A DNA stretch of 64,000 nucleotides from an uncultured archaeon (GTDB lineage Archaea > Thermoproteota > Nitrososphaeria > Nitrososphaerales > Gagatemarchaeaceae): the NCBI GenBank assembly GCA_963799775.1, contig CAWCYD010000002.1:32001-96000 (forward strand), given 5' to 3'. This document shows, piece by piece, positions 43,076 through 52,367 of the stretch (positions are counted from its first letter, which is position 1; every line of letters begins with the position of its first letter). Under the pieces are notes generated by a model. That model saw only the letters and a list, made by a program, of their open reading frames with translations. It made no database searches and was not told the DNA's origin. The position numbers were made by a program, and so were the translations under genes.

Positions 43076-43860
43076 GGGCCGCACTCCTTCGAGCGATTCG
43101 ACCGTCGCTGCTGGGGTCCATGGTCCTTCTGTCCGTCTTCGTCGCCGCTCTCCCTCCCACCAACGCCGCAACCTCCAACACGCCCACGGGGGTAATGGTG
43201 CCGCTTTTCTCGTACCTCGGCCCGTCGTGGGCGCAGCTCATCGCGTTCCACCAACGGTATCCGGCCGTGCCGATGGTCGCGGTGGTTGACCCGGTCCGCG
43301 GTCCTGGCTTGTTCCGCGACCCCAACTTCGAACTCGGCGTTCAAAGCCTGCAGAACGCCGGGATACCAGTCCTGGGTTACATCGCGACCGGATATGCTCA
43401 CGTGAGCATACCAGCCGTCGAGTCTTTGATAACACAGTACCGAAACTGGTACCATGTCAATGGGACGGTGCTAGACCAGATGAACAACACAGGAATGGAA
43501 GGGTACTATTCTACGATAACTAGCTTCGATAGGTCACTGGGCATGACGATGACCGTCGGAAACCCTGGCGCGGAGGTGCCCTCGAGCTACGTCGGGACGG
43601 TCGACACGATGGTGATATACGAGAGCCCCGGGCTCCCGACTCTCTCGTTCATCGGTGGATGGCACGCAGCCTACCCCAAGAGCGACTGGATCATCACGGC
43701 ATACGGGGTCCCAAACCTTGACGTGAACTATGTTCGAAGCGCCTCTCAGTTCGTTGGCTACCTCTACATCACCGACGGGGTCTGGCCGGACCCTTACACC
43801 AGCGGACTTCCCAGCTACATGAACACGCTGATGTCGACACTGGCGGCCCTGGACGCTTGA
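43072..43860 (+). CDS. spherulation-specific family 4 (Sph3/GH135-like) glycoside hydrolase, secreted
   Basis: GVMVPLFSY, VVDPVRGPG, LGYIATGY, LDQM, TVGNPG, VIYE, YLYITD..PDPY. Confidence 0.85.
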   Translation: MRAALLRAIRPSLLGSMVLLSVFVAALPPTNAATSNTPTGVMVPLFSYLGPSWAQLIAFHQRYPAVPMVAVVDPVRGPGLFRDPNFELGVQSLQNAGIPVLGYIATGYAHVSIPAVESLITQYRNWYHVNGTVLDQMNNTGMEGYYSTITSFDRSLGMTMTVGNPGAEVPSSYVGTVDTMVIYESPGLPTLSFIGGWHAAYPKSDWIITAYGVPNLDVNYVRSASQFVGYLYITDGVWPDPYTSGLPSYMNTLMSTLAALDA

Positions 43861-43912
43861 CACCCGATCCTTTCAGCGGAGCCTGTCTCGACCACGACCT
43901 TCCCGGCTCTGG

Positions 43913-44971
43913 CTAGAAGTAGTCGGGCACCCACGAGCGCGAGCCATCGACCTTCCCTGTCTTTCTCGCCTTTTCATATTCGTCGTACGGCACGTAGACC
44001 TCGTTCCAGTATCTGAGGCAGACCATCCTCTCGTAGCCCTTGGTCTGGATGCTCTCCCCGAGAACGAGGTTGCGGTAGAGGATGTCGGGCTCGTTGACCC
44101 CCGCCGCTGCACGGATCGGACAAGAGGCGGAGAACCTAGGGTTTATCTCGAAAGCCTTGGGTTCCCCCTTCTCCATCCTCGCCTGAACGTTGATCGGGCC
44201 CGCCCCGCCGAGCCCAACAGCGACCTGCTCCGCGGCCTTCCTGACCTCGGGGAACTCGTCTATGAACGCCTTGTAGGTCTGCCCGCCCTTCAGGGTCCGT
44301 CGAATCGCTATCGAGGACATGACCTTCCCCCCCTTGCCGAGCGTCACCCCGGTGGTGAACTCGTCGGCGTCCTCGGAGAGATATTCTTGTAGCATCGGGC
44401 GCCAGCCCCTTCTCCGAATCGACGCGATTGCGTAGTCAATCTCGTCGCGTGATCTGGCCACGAAGAACTGTTCCGACCCGTGCCCCTCCCTGGGCTTGAC
44501 GACGATGGGATAACCGAACTCCTTTACGAATCGCTCCCTTCCACCAGGCAATGAGGACTCAGCGCGAGGGAGCCCATGCTTCTTCATGAACTGGTATGTC
44601 TTCCACTTGTCGGAGCCGATGGATATCGTCTCGGGCTTGTTCGAGATGACGACAGCTCCGCCCGCCTTCATTATCTGGTCCGCCGCGGAGCCTACGACCG
44701 CGAGCTCCTCGTCCGCGCCCACGAAGATCGCCGACGCCCGTTTCTTCCTCGCGAGGTCAATGAGACCTTGAACGAAGTCAGGAGAAGAGGCATCCGGTAT
44801 CAGGAAGCCTTTGTCGCCCCTGTAGAGCCCTGCTGCGCGAGCGTCGGCGTCGCCTACGAGGATCGTGTAGGAGACCGGACCGCCCTTCATGTTCGCCAGA
44901 CGGAGGCACTTTATGATGCCCTCCCCGATTATGCCGCCCCCGGCTGTGACTAGGACTGTGGCCTCCACCAT
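43913..44971 (-). CDS. ATP-grasp ligase (CPSase-like)
   Basis: DKWKTY, PIVVKPREGHGS, LQEYL, EFT, FEINPRFS. Confidence 0.85.
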   Translation of the reverse strand: MVEATVLVTAGGGIIGEGIIKCLRLANMKGGPVSYTILVGDADARAAGLYRGDKGFLIPDASSPDFVQGLIDLARKKRASAIFVGADEELAVVGSAADQIMKAGGAVVISNKPETISIGSDKWKTYQFMKKHGLPRAESSLPGGRERFVKEFGYPIVVKPREGHGSEQFFVARSRDEIDYAIASIRRRGWRPMLQEYLSEDADEFTTGVTLGKGGKVMSSIAIRRTLKGGQTYKAFIDEFPEVRKAAEQVAVGLGGAGPINVQARMEKGEPKAFEINPRFSASCPIRAAAGVNEPDILYRNLVLGESIQTKGYERMVCLRYWNEVYVPYDEYEKARKTGKVDGSRSWVPDYF

Positions 44972-45106
44972 CGCCCCGAAACCCGGCTGGCCATTTATCT
45001 GCCTTCAGAAGAATCCTCTGGTCGAGGGTTTGGAGACATTGTTGCGCTTTCGCTTAAATCTCTGGCTCGCGTAGTCTCTTCGTTGCGGCTTATTCTGGAA
45101 CTCGAA

Positions 45107-45820
45107 ATGAGGTCAGGCCTCTTGGTCCCGCTCTACGGCCATCCAGGGTCCGCTTGGGACGCTCTGGCCAAGCTCAAGTCTGACTGCGCAGAAGTACCCG
45201 TAGTCGCCATCGTCAACCCCTGCAGCGGCCCAGGGGAAAGCCGGGACCAGAGCTATTCCGCCGAAATCTCCACACTCCAGGCCTCGGGCGCAACCGTCAT
45301 AGGATACGCGCCGACAAGCTACGCATCCAGGACCCTTGCGGAAGTCGAAGCCGTAATCGACCGATACGTTGACTGGTACCGGGTGAAAGGGATTTTCTTC
45401 GATGAGATGTCCACGCTCCCCCGAGACGAAGGCTACTACTCAAGTCTGAACGAATACGCGAAGTCCCTCGGCCTTGAGATCACGGTCGGCAACCCAGGGA
45501 CAAGCATGCCGCCGAGCGTTGTCCGAACCATGGACGTCGTCGTGATCTACGAGGGCGAAGGCCTACCGAGCCTGCGCTATCTCGAACGACAATCTTCAGA
45601 TGGTGAGAGAGACTTCGCCGTCATGGCGTACGGCGTGCCCGCCATGGACCCGTCCTTCCTCCGAGCTGCCATGCGGCACGTCAGCCTCGTGTACCTCACT
45701 GACCAAGGGTTACCGAACCCGTATTACGCTCCTTCGTCTTACATCCCCGACATCGCACATGCTTTGCTGTCTGGCAACGGACCTTGGCGAGATCCGAGCG
45801 AAGGGCCGTTCCAGCCATAA
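45107..45820 (+). CDS. spherulation-specific family 4 (Sph3/GH135-like) glycoside hydrolase, no obvious signal peptide
   Basis: GLLVPLYGHP, AIVNPCSGPG, GIFFDEM, TVGNPG, VIYE, YLTD..PNPY. Confidence 0.85.
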   Translation: MRSGLLVPLYGHPGSAWDALAKLKSDCAEVPVVAIVNPCSGPGESRDQSYSAEISTLQASGATVIGYAPTSYASRTLAEVEAVIDRYVDWYRVKGIFFDEMSTLPRDEGYYSSLNEYAKSLGLEITVGNPGTSMPPSVVRTMDVVVIYEGEGLPSLRYLERQSSDGERDFAVMAYGVPAMDPSFLRAAMRHVSLVYLTDQGLPNPYYAPSSYIPDIAHALLSGNGPWRDPSEGPFQP

Positions 45821-45880
45821 ATGAGTCTAGAAGATTGTTTCAGATGGGTTAAATAAGGAAGGCTAGAGTAACAGACTATC

Positions 45881-46180
45881 ATGAAATACAGGAGCAGGAC
45901 CGACATTATCGCCATGATACTGCAGGCAGCGATGCATGGCGCAACCAAGACTAGGCTCATGTACAGCGCCTACCTCTCCTACGCCCAAGTGCAAGAATAC
46001 CTTGCGTTCTTGAAAGACAGGAAGCTCATCAGCTTCGAAGAGGAAAGCCAAGAATACAAGCTCACAGAGCAGGGCCTACGCTTTCTGCGAGTCTATGACG
46101 AGATCAGCGAGATCGTCTCACTCAACGGCAACGGCGTGGGCAAGTCGCTAGAGAGAACACCGTCTAGTCTCGTCAGATAG
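45881..46180 (+). CDS. archaeal winged-helix regulator (HTH_45-like)
   Basis: YRSRTDIIAMIL...ATKTRLMYSAYLSY.Q..EYL...Y.LTEQG..FL. Confidence 0.85.
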   Translation: MKYRSRTDIIAMILQAAMHGATKTRLMYSAYLSYAQVQEYLAFLKDRKLISFEEESQEYKLTEQGLRFLRVYDEISEIVSLNGNGVGKSLERTPSSLVR

Positions 46181-46393
46181 GCATAGCCAGCCCATTAGGG
46201 CTTCGCAATGCCGACCGCCGCCAGGCGGTCACTTTTCTTTTTTTGAAAGCTACCAGCGTGTGCCTTGGCCCGAAGCAATCTTCGGCGCCAGGTGTCCAGC
46301 CAGGACGAACTTTCTTCTCTCATATTGAGACGCTTGATTGCTATTGAGATTTCCATCCAAGTGCTTTTAGGGTCTTGGCTCCAACGAAGCGCC

Positions 46394-47305
46394 ATGTTAC
46401 TGAACCCCACCATCGGGAGGCAGACAGACAGATGCCACGAGTGTCGCGCTGTGCTCGTATCTGATTTCGAGTCGGGCGAGCAGGTCTGCGCGTCCTGCGG
46501 CGTCGTCACAAGGAACGAAGACATCCGCTTCTCAGCGATGTTCGGAAGCCCCGCATCAGAGCTAGGCTCGATAATGGGTGAGGAGAACTCCGGGATGATG
46601 TACTACGTCTCACTCCCTGCGCGGATCGACGACAGAGACGTCGACGCCAAGGGGAAGCACATCTCAGAGGTCGGAGACATGAACAGGCTGAGGAGGCTGA
46701 ACAACCTCACGATAGCAAGCGACTCGAAACGCAGGAACCTGACCCGGGCCGCCTCTGAGATCCAGAGGATCGGCGGGTCGCTCGGCGCCGGCCGGAACGT
46801 CGTCGAGAGGGCCTACGAGCTCTACCGCAAGGGAATCGAGGAAGGGAGCGGAAGGAGAAGGTCCATCGTCGGGATGGCAGAAGCGGCGGTCTACCTCGCG
46901 TGCAAGGAAGGAGGCGTACCAAGGTCCGCCGAAGAGATAGAGCAATCCTCAGACGGAAACGAGGGGAAGAACATCAGGCACTACTCCAAAGTCCTGCTAA
47001 AGGGATCGGGGATCCACATATCTGCGCCAGACCCGGCCTCGCAGGTCTCGAGGATCGCCAGCAGAGCGGGCCTGGGAGGAGTGACCGAACGAAGAGCAAT
47101 CCAGATCCTCGAGAAGGTCAAGAACGACGCCCTCCTCGCAGGGAAGAGGCCGGTCTCGATCGCGGCGGCGGCTCTCTATCTCGCCGCGAGCCAGACGTCG
47201 GAGTACACGACCCAGATCAGGATAGCCTTCGCAGCAGGGATCACCACGATCACCCTGCGGAAGCGGGCGACCGAGGTATCGAAGCTGCTCGGCACGACAA
47301 GCTGA
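46394..47305 (+). CDS. tfb: transcription initiation factor IIB paralogue
   Basis: Zn ribbon CHEC...GEQVCASCGVV; two cyclin folds (AAVYLACK...PR; GKRPVSIAAAALYLA). Confidence 0.88.
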   Translation: MLLNPTIGRQTDRCHECRAVLVSDFESGEQVCASCGVVTRNEDIRFSAMFGSPASELGSIMGEENSGMMYYVSLPARIDDRDVDAKGKHISEVGDMNRLRRLNNLTIASDSKRRNLTRAASEIQRIGGSLGAGRNVVERAYELYRKGIEEGSGRRRSIVGMAEAAVYLACKEGGVPRSAEEIEQSSDGNEGKNIRHYSKVLLKGSGIHISAPDPASQVSRIASRAGLGGVTERRAIQILEKVKNDALLAGKRPVSIAAAALYLAASQTSEYTTQIRIAFAAGITTITLRKRATEVSKLLGTTS

Positions 47306-47360
47306 AGGCCACGGGGTAGCATTGCCAGCGTCCGTCTCCCAGGGCCGAAAGGGTCGCGAG

Positions 47361-48083
47361 GTGGGACGAGTGAGGGCAGCGATTCACCAACCGATGTACC
47401 TGCCCTACCCTGGGTTCTTCCAGAAGCTCAGCATGTCGGACGTCTTCGTCCTGATGGATGACGTCCAATACGACAAGAGATACACCAACAGGAACCAGAT
47501 TCTCGTACCCCAAGGGCCCATCTGGATATCGGTGCCGATAGACAAGGGCGACAAGTTCTCCGAGAACAGGCACGTAAGGATCAACAACTCCATCGACTGG
47601 CGCGCGGAGCATCTGCAGAAGATAGACAAGTCCTACGCGAGAGCGCCGTTCTTCCACCAGTACGGGCAGAAGATGAAGGATGTCTACTCGAGAGACTGGG
47701 AGATGCTTCTCGAACTCGACCTGGAGCTGGTGAAGCTCATGATGGACTGGCTCGGGTTGAAGATCCCAACAGTCCGGGAATCAGAACTCGGTGTAGGAGG
47801 AGAGTCCACGGAAAGGCTGGTGAACGCTTGCAAGGCGGTGGGGGCCGACACCTACGTATCTGGCATCGGGGGAAAGAACTACATGGACGAGTCGATGTTC
47901 GCGAGGGCAGGCCTGAGCGTCGTCTACCAGCATTACGAGCCTGTAGAATACAAGCAAAGATTCGGCTCGACCTTCGTGCCCAACCTCTCGATAGTCGACA
48001 TGGTCTTCAACGTCGGGCCTGAGTCTTCGAGGCTGATCCGCGAGTCGAAGGCCGATGCTCGCACTGCACCGCTTGCAGTGTAA
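47361..48083 (+). CDS. WbqC-like protein
   Basis: AIHQPMYLPYPGFF.K, DDVQY, NRNQI, YVSG.GGKNY, NLSIVDMVFN.G. Confidence 0.9.
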   Translation: MGRVRAAIHQPMYLPYPGFFQKLSMSDVFVLMDDVQYDKRYTNRNQILVPQGPIWISVPIDKGDKFSENRHVRINNSIDWRAEHLQKIDKSYARAPFFHQYGQKMKDVYSRDWEMLLELDLELVKLMMDWLGLKIPTVRESELGVGGESTERLVNACKAVGADTYVSGIGGKNYMDESMFARAGLSVVYQHYEPVEYKQRFGSTFVPNLSIVDMVFNVGPESSRLIRESKADARTAPLAV

Positions 48084-48146
48084 CATGGGCATCTCACTGT
48101 AACAATATTGCAGTATTGATATAAAAAGCCCGGGCGGCAGTGCTCG

Positions 48147-48855
48147 ATGAACATTCTAGCAATAGGTGCCCATCCAGATGACATTGAGCTGGGATGCGGT
48201 GGCACCCTGCTCAAGGCGGTAAGGGAAGGTCACAACGTGTTCATGTACACCCTCACGCGCGGAGGCGCCTCTGGGAATCCGGCGCAGAGGACGGAGGAGC
48301 TGAAGAGGTCGGCCAAGTTCATAGGCGCCAATGGACCTCAAGATCGACGATTTTGAAGACACGAAACTGACGCCCGGCCCAGAACTCATCAACCACATAG
48401 AGGCCTACGTTAACTTCGCCGACCCCGACGTCATCTTCACCCACTCAAAGAGCGACATCCATCACGACCATCGTGCGATCTCGATGGCAACCGTCGAGGC
48501 GGCGCGCTTCTCCTCGAACATCCTTTCTTACGAGATACCTCTCACCAAGGACTTCGAGCCAACGCTCTACTACGACATCTCAGACGTCATCGACGAGAAG
48601 GTCCAGCTCATAGAGATATTCTGGTCCCAGAACGCGAAGCTCTACCTGAAGGCAAACGCGATCAAAGGACTGGCCGAGTATCGCGCGCTCCAGAGCAGGA
48701 TGGGCGCCTCCGTGAACTACGTAGAGACCTTCGAGGTCGCGAAGCTCTGCCTCGACAAGCAATTCCGATTGATGAAAGTTCCCCGCCCCACGGAGTCCAC
48801 CGCCCGTGTCAGACTGCCTGAGGAACAGATCGAGTATGCGTGGAACAAGGGCTAG
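48147..48855 (+). CDS. PIG-L/LmbE-family N-acetylhexosamine deacetylase, frameshift near 48330
   Basis: AIGAHPDDIELGCGG, THS..D.HHDH. Confidence 0.88.
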
Positions 48856-48863
48856 AGGGACAA

Positions 48864-49190
48864 ATGGAACGTAGTGCCCAAGAAGAGGGCTACAGCAGCG
48901 TGCTCGGCTGGGGCAACAGGGGATGGCTCGAGATCATCGACCTCATCCTCTTCGTCTGTGAGCAGGGCGCGCTCAAGACACACGTCATGTACAAGTGCAA
49001 CCTGAACTCCAAGCAGGTCCAACAATACCTGGACTTCGTCCTGAGCCGGGGCCTGGTAGTGGTCTCGCACGACCCGCAAGATCCGAAGCGGACCTTCTAC
49101 GTGACGACGGAGAGGGGAAGGAAGTTCATGCGGGCCTACAACGAGCTCGCGGACATATTCAGCCTGAAGAACCAGGTCGTAAACCCGTAA
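48864..49190 (+). CDS. archaeal winged-helix regulator (HTH_45-like)
   Basis: RGWLEIIDLIL...ALKTHVMYKCNLNSKQVQQYL...TTERGRKF. Confidence 0.85.
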   Translation: MERSAQEEGYSSVLGWGNRGWLEIIDLILFVCEQGALKTHVMYKCNLNSKQVQQYLDFVLSRGLVVVSHDPQDPKRTFYVTTERGRKFMRAYNELADIFSLKNQVVNP

Positions 49191-49333
49191 CGCGAAGAAG
49201 GAAGTTACTGTTTGGTCAAAAGGGCTTTTAGGGCTTCTCATCGAGAGAAGGTTTGGCCACGAAAAGCGCCAGCTAAGACCCATCCGTAACAGACTACGCC
49301 AACCCGTTTAACATCCGAGGAATCGTTCCCACC

Positions 49334-49537
49334 ATGGCAGAACAAGCCGCGACGTTCAAGTGCGACTTATGCGGAGCGGAGTTCGAAGACGCCGACGCTC
49401 TGACCAAGCACATGGCAGTCCACGGCACGGGCGGTGAATCCAAAGCGGAAGACAAGGAGCCTCTCGAGCAGGGGGCCGAGTCGCCGACGGTAGCACCGAC
49501 GATGCCGGGCTCGGGCCCCGTCATGCCGAACGCATAA
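49334..49537 (+). CDS. C2H2 zinc-finger microprotein
   Basis: FKCDLCGAEF....LTKHMAVH. Confidence 0.75.
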   Translation: MAEQAATFKCDLCGAEFEDADALTKHMAVHGTGGESKAEDKEPLEQGAESPTVAPTMPGSGPVMPNA

Positions 49538-49684
49538 GGGGAGGACGGCAGAGCTCTTGAGACGCGTCTGGTCGCCCACCCTCCTTAATTTTCATGCGGG
49601 ATCGGCCCAGCATAGAACAATCTTCTAGTACAATTCTCCATACAACCTTTAAGCTCAATCCTTGCATCCATGCAACGATAGATT

Positions 49685-49930
49685 TTGTCCCAAGCGCAAA
49701 TGGGCTACAGACCACTGCTTAACATCTACGACCTCATCGACAGAGTTCTCGACAAGGGCATCGTCATAGACGCGAACGTCTCCGTCGCGCTCGTGGGCAT
49801 CGAGATCCTCGTCATCAGAGCAAGGATCGTCGTCGCAGGAATCGACGCGTTCCTCAGCTATGCACAGGCCCTGGGACTTGCGGCTACGCCTGGCGCTCCG
49901 GCCCCGTTGACCGAAGCACCAGCACGCTAG
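49685..49930 (+). CDS. gvpA: gas vesicle structural protein GvpA
   Basis: DLIDRVLDKGIVIDANVSVALVGIEILVIRARIVVA. Confidence 0.9.
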   Translation: MSQAQMGYRPLLNIYDLIDRVLDKGIVIDANVSVALVGIEILVIRARIVVAGIDAFLSYAQALGLAATPGAPAPLTEAPAR

Positions 49931-49952
49931 CAAAACGGACGGCTGGCTGGAG

Positions 49953-50201
49953 TTGGCCATATGTCTCGTCTGCGGCAAGTACGAGAAGCTCGACCTGGAG
50001 GACGCGATGAAGAAGGGCTGGGTCTTCATGCGCTGCCCAGAGTGCCACCGTGGGACTCCGTTCGACATCGCAAAGGTCTACCTCTCGAAGACGATGGGCG
50101 AGGAGAACATGGAGGGCTTCTGCAACAAGCACTGGTTCAAGGACTCGGGTCTCTGCGGATACTGCAGGATGAAACGGGAGGGAGCAGAGATTGTCCCTTA
50201 G
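49953..50201 (+). CDS. Cys/His-rich small protein inside the gvp operon
   Basis: CLVC, CPEC, CNKH, CGYC; stop overlaps the gvpJ start. Confidence 0.65.
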   Translation: MAICLVCGKYEKLDLEDAMKKGWVFMRCPECHRGTPFDIAKVYLSKTMGEENMEGFCNKHWFKDSGLCGYCRMKREGAEIVP

Positions 50202-50460
50202 CGAGACAGGCCGAAGGGACCTTTCGCTCGTCGACCTCCTGGACCGGATCCTGGAGAAGGGCGTCGTGATCAACGGGGACATCACCGTGAGCGTGGGGAG
50301 CGTCGAGCTGCTCTCCGTCAAGGTGAACCTGGTGATCGCGTCGCTGGAGACGGCCAAGCGCTACGGGCTGAAGCTCCCGTGGGAGGAGCAGGGGCGGTCG
50401 TCGTCCAAGAGGCCTCCCAGGCGCGTGATCAACGCCAAGAACTACAAGGTGATCCGCTGA
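50191..50460 (+). CDS. gvpJ: gas vesicle protein GvpJ
   Basis: LVDLLDRILEKGVVINGDITVSVGSVELL...ASLETA. Confidence 0.85.
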   Translation: MSLSETGRRDLSLVDLLDRILEKGVVINGDITVSVGSVELLSVKVNLVIASLETAKRYGLKLPWEEQGRSSSKRPPRRVINAKNYKVIR

Positions 50461-50461
50461 G

Positions 50462-50947
50462 ATGCAGGCGCTATCCAGAGGCAAAAAGGCCTCCCCAACG
50501 CCGACCGAGAAGATAGACCTTGGCGAGGGTGGCGAGAAGATGCAGCAGGGACTCGCGAAGCTCACTTTGACCGTGATGGAGGTCATCAGGCAGGTCCTGG
50601 AGCGGCAGGCCCTCAGGCGGGTCGAGTCAGGGACGCTCACCGAGGAGCAGGTCGAGCGCATGGGAGTCGCGTTCATGCAGCTCGGCGACGAGATGGGGAA
50701 GCTCACCAAGAACCTGGGCCTTAGCCAGAAGGAGCTGGACTCCACGCTGGGTTCCTTGCTCAAGACCGGCGGAAAGGCGTCCCTGGTCGACGTGCTCGAC
50801 AGTCTCGTGGCACGGGGGGCGGTAGTTGCAGGACAGGTGAAGCTCTCGGTCTCTGACGTGGACCTCGTCGGGGTGGACCTCCTGGCGATGCTCTATCCCA
50901 TCTACGGCCAGCGGCGATGGCTGGACGACAGGTCGGTGACCCCATAA
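50462..50947 (+). CDS. gvpK: gas vesicle protein GvpK with C-terminal GvpA/J-like domain
   Basis: GLAKLTLTVMEVIRQVLERQALRRVESGTLTEEQVERMG; C-terminal LVDVLDSLVARGAVVAGQV..SVSDVDL. Confidence 0.85.
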   Translation: MQALSRGKKASPTPTEKIDLGEGGEKMQQGLAKLTLTVMEVIRQVLERQALRRVESGTLTEEQVERMGVAFMQLGDEMGKLTKNLGLSQKELDSTLGSLLKTGGKASLVDVLDSLVARGAVVAGQVKLSVSDVDLVGVDLLAMLYPIYGQRRWLDDRSVTP

Positions 50948-51682
50948 ATGGCCGATGGCCGATACGTCTACTGCATAGTCGACACGGCCGAGACTGCGAA
51001 GCTGAGGAGCATCGGTTTGTTCGGAAACCCCGCCTACATCATAAACCACGAGGAGATCGGGGCGGTCATCAGCCCCATACCCTATCAGGAGACGAACGCG
51101 AGCATCGACAACATCCTCGCCCACCAGCGCGTCATCGAGGCGGCGAGGAAGGTGGGCACGACCCTGCCGGTCAAGTTCGGGACCATCTTCAGGAAGGAAG
51201 AGGGAGTGAGGACGCTGCTCTCCAAGTCGCACGGCGAGTACAGGTCCAAGCTCGACAAGCTGAAGGGCATGGACGAGTTCGGCGTCAAGGTCCTGTACAA
51301 CAAGGCCGGGATAGCCAAGATGAAGGACCAGGTGGAGCGAGCGACCCCCGAGGTCGTGAAGATGCGCAAGTCCATCGCGAAATCCAGCTCGGGCAAGTCG
51401 TATTTCACGAAGATGAAGATGAACGAGGCGATCCGCAGCGAGACCTACAGGAAGATCGACGAGCTGAGCAGGGAGATCCACAAGGAGCTCGTCAAGAGCT
51501 CCATGGAGAACTCGATCCTAAAGACAGAGCACGAGCAGATCATCCTCAACGCAGCCTACCTCGTGCCACGCGGCAGGGGGGATGCGTTCCTGACCCGGGC
51601 CGCTGACCTTGGGCGCAGGTATGCCGAGAAGGGTCTCATCGTCCACTCAAGCGGGCCTTGGGCGCCCTACTCCTTCTGCTGA
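50948..51682 (+). CDS. gvpF: gas vesicle protein GvpF/GvpL
   Basis: GRYVYCI, AHQRVIE, LPVKFGTIF, LNAAYLV, SGPWAPYSF. Confidence 0.88.
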   Translation: MADGRYVYCIVDTAETAKLRSIGLFGNPAYIINHEEIGAVISPIPYQETNASIDNILAHQRVIEAARKVGTTLPVKFGTIFRKEEGVRTLLSKSHGEYRSKLDKLKGMDEFGVKVLYNKAGIAKMKDQVERATPEVVKMRKSIAKSSSGKSYFTKMKMNEAIRSETYRKIDELSREIHKELVKSSMENSILKTEHEQIILNAAYLVPRGRGDAFLTRAADLGRRYAEKGLIVHSSGPWAPYSFC

Positions 51683-51694
51683 GGCGACTCGCGC

Positions 51695-51928
51695 GTGATC
51701 GCGACCTACTTCATCCTGAAAATCACCTTCCAGGCCATCCTCGAGGAGTCCAACCGCATCGCAAACGAGGCCGAGAAGGGCGACAGGGCGCGGTGGCTAA
51801 AGTCCCGAGTCATCCAGCTCGACATCGACTTCAGCACCGGCGTGATAGACGAGGAGGAATACGGTCGAAGGCAGGCTGAGATCATCGATGAGCTGAGGAA
51901 GCTGGAGGCGGGAGGCCCGCCGAGTTGA
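51695..51928 (+). CDS. gvpG: gas vesicle protein GvpG-like
   Basis: G.IDEEEY...AEI..EL; position after gvpF. Confidence 0.6.
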   Translation: MIATYFILKITFQAILEESNRIANEAEKGDRARWLKSRVIQLDIDFSTGVIDEEEYGRRQAEIIDELRKLEAGGPPS

Positions 51929-52367
51929 TCGGGGACATCGACGACCTGCTCGAGGAGCTCGCGAAGGCGATCGGCCTCTCTCTCCAAGACCTCGACGCAG
52001 GGAGGGTCGTGAAGAGCAGAAAGGCGGTGGGAGGCGACACGTTCAAGATAACAAGCACTTTCTCAATCGGCCCCGCGATCCCCGAGGTGGCCCGCCCTGA
52101 GCCGCCAGTCAAGGAGCCTCTTGTCGACGTCTTCGAGGACGGGAATCGCGTGCGGCTGGTCGTCGAGCTGCCCGGGATCAAGAAGGACGATGTGCACGTA
52201 AGCCTCCAAGACGGCTCCTTGCGAATCGACGTGGTCCAAGGGGGGAAGGTCCACACAAGGGAGGTCCCTTGAAGACGCCCCCGAGCGGCTTCGAGATTCG
52301 GTCGACCAGAGAGAACAACTCCGTCGTCGAGATCACCTTCGCTAGAAAGGGGAGAGCCTCAGGGTGA
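51925..52367 (+). CDS. GvpH/Hsp20-like protein, frameshift near 52268
   Basis: EPLVDVFE...LVVELPGIKKDDV ... NNSVVEITF. Confidence 0.7.
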
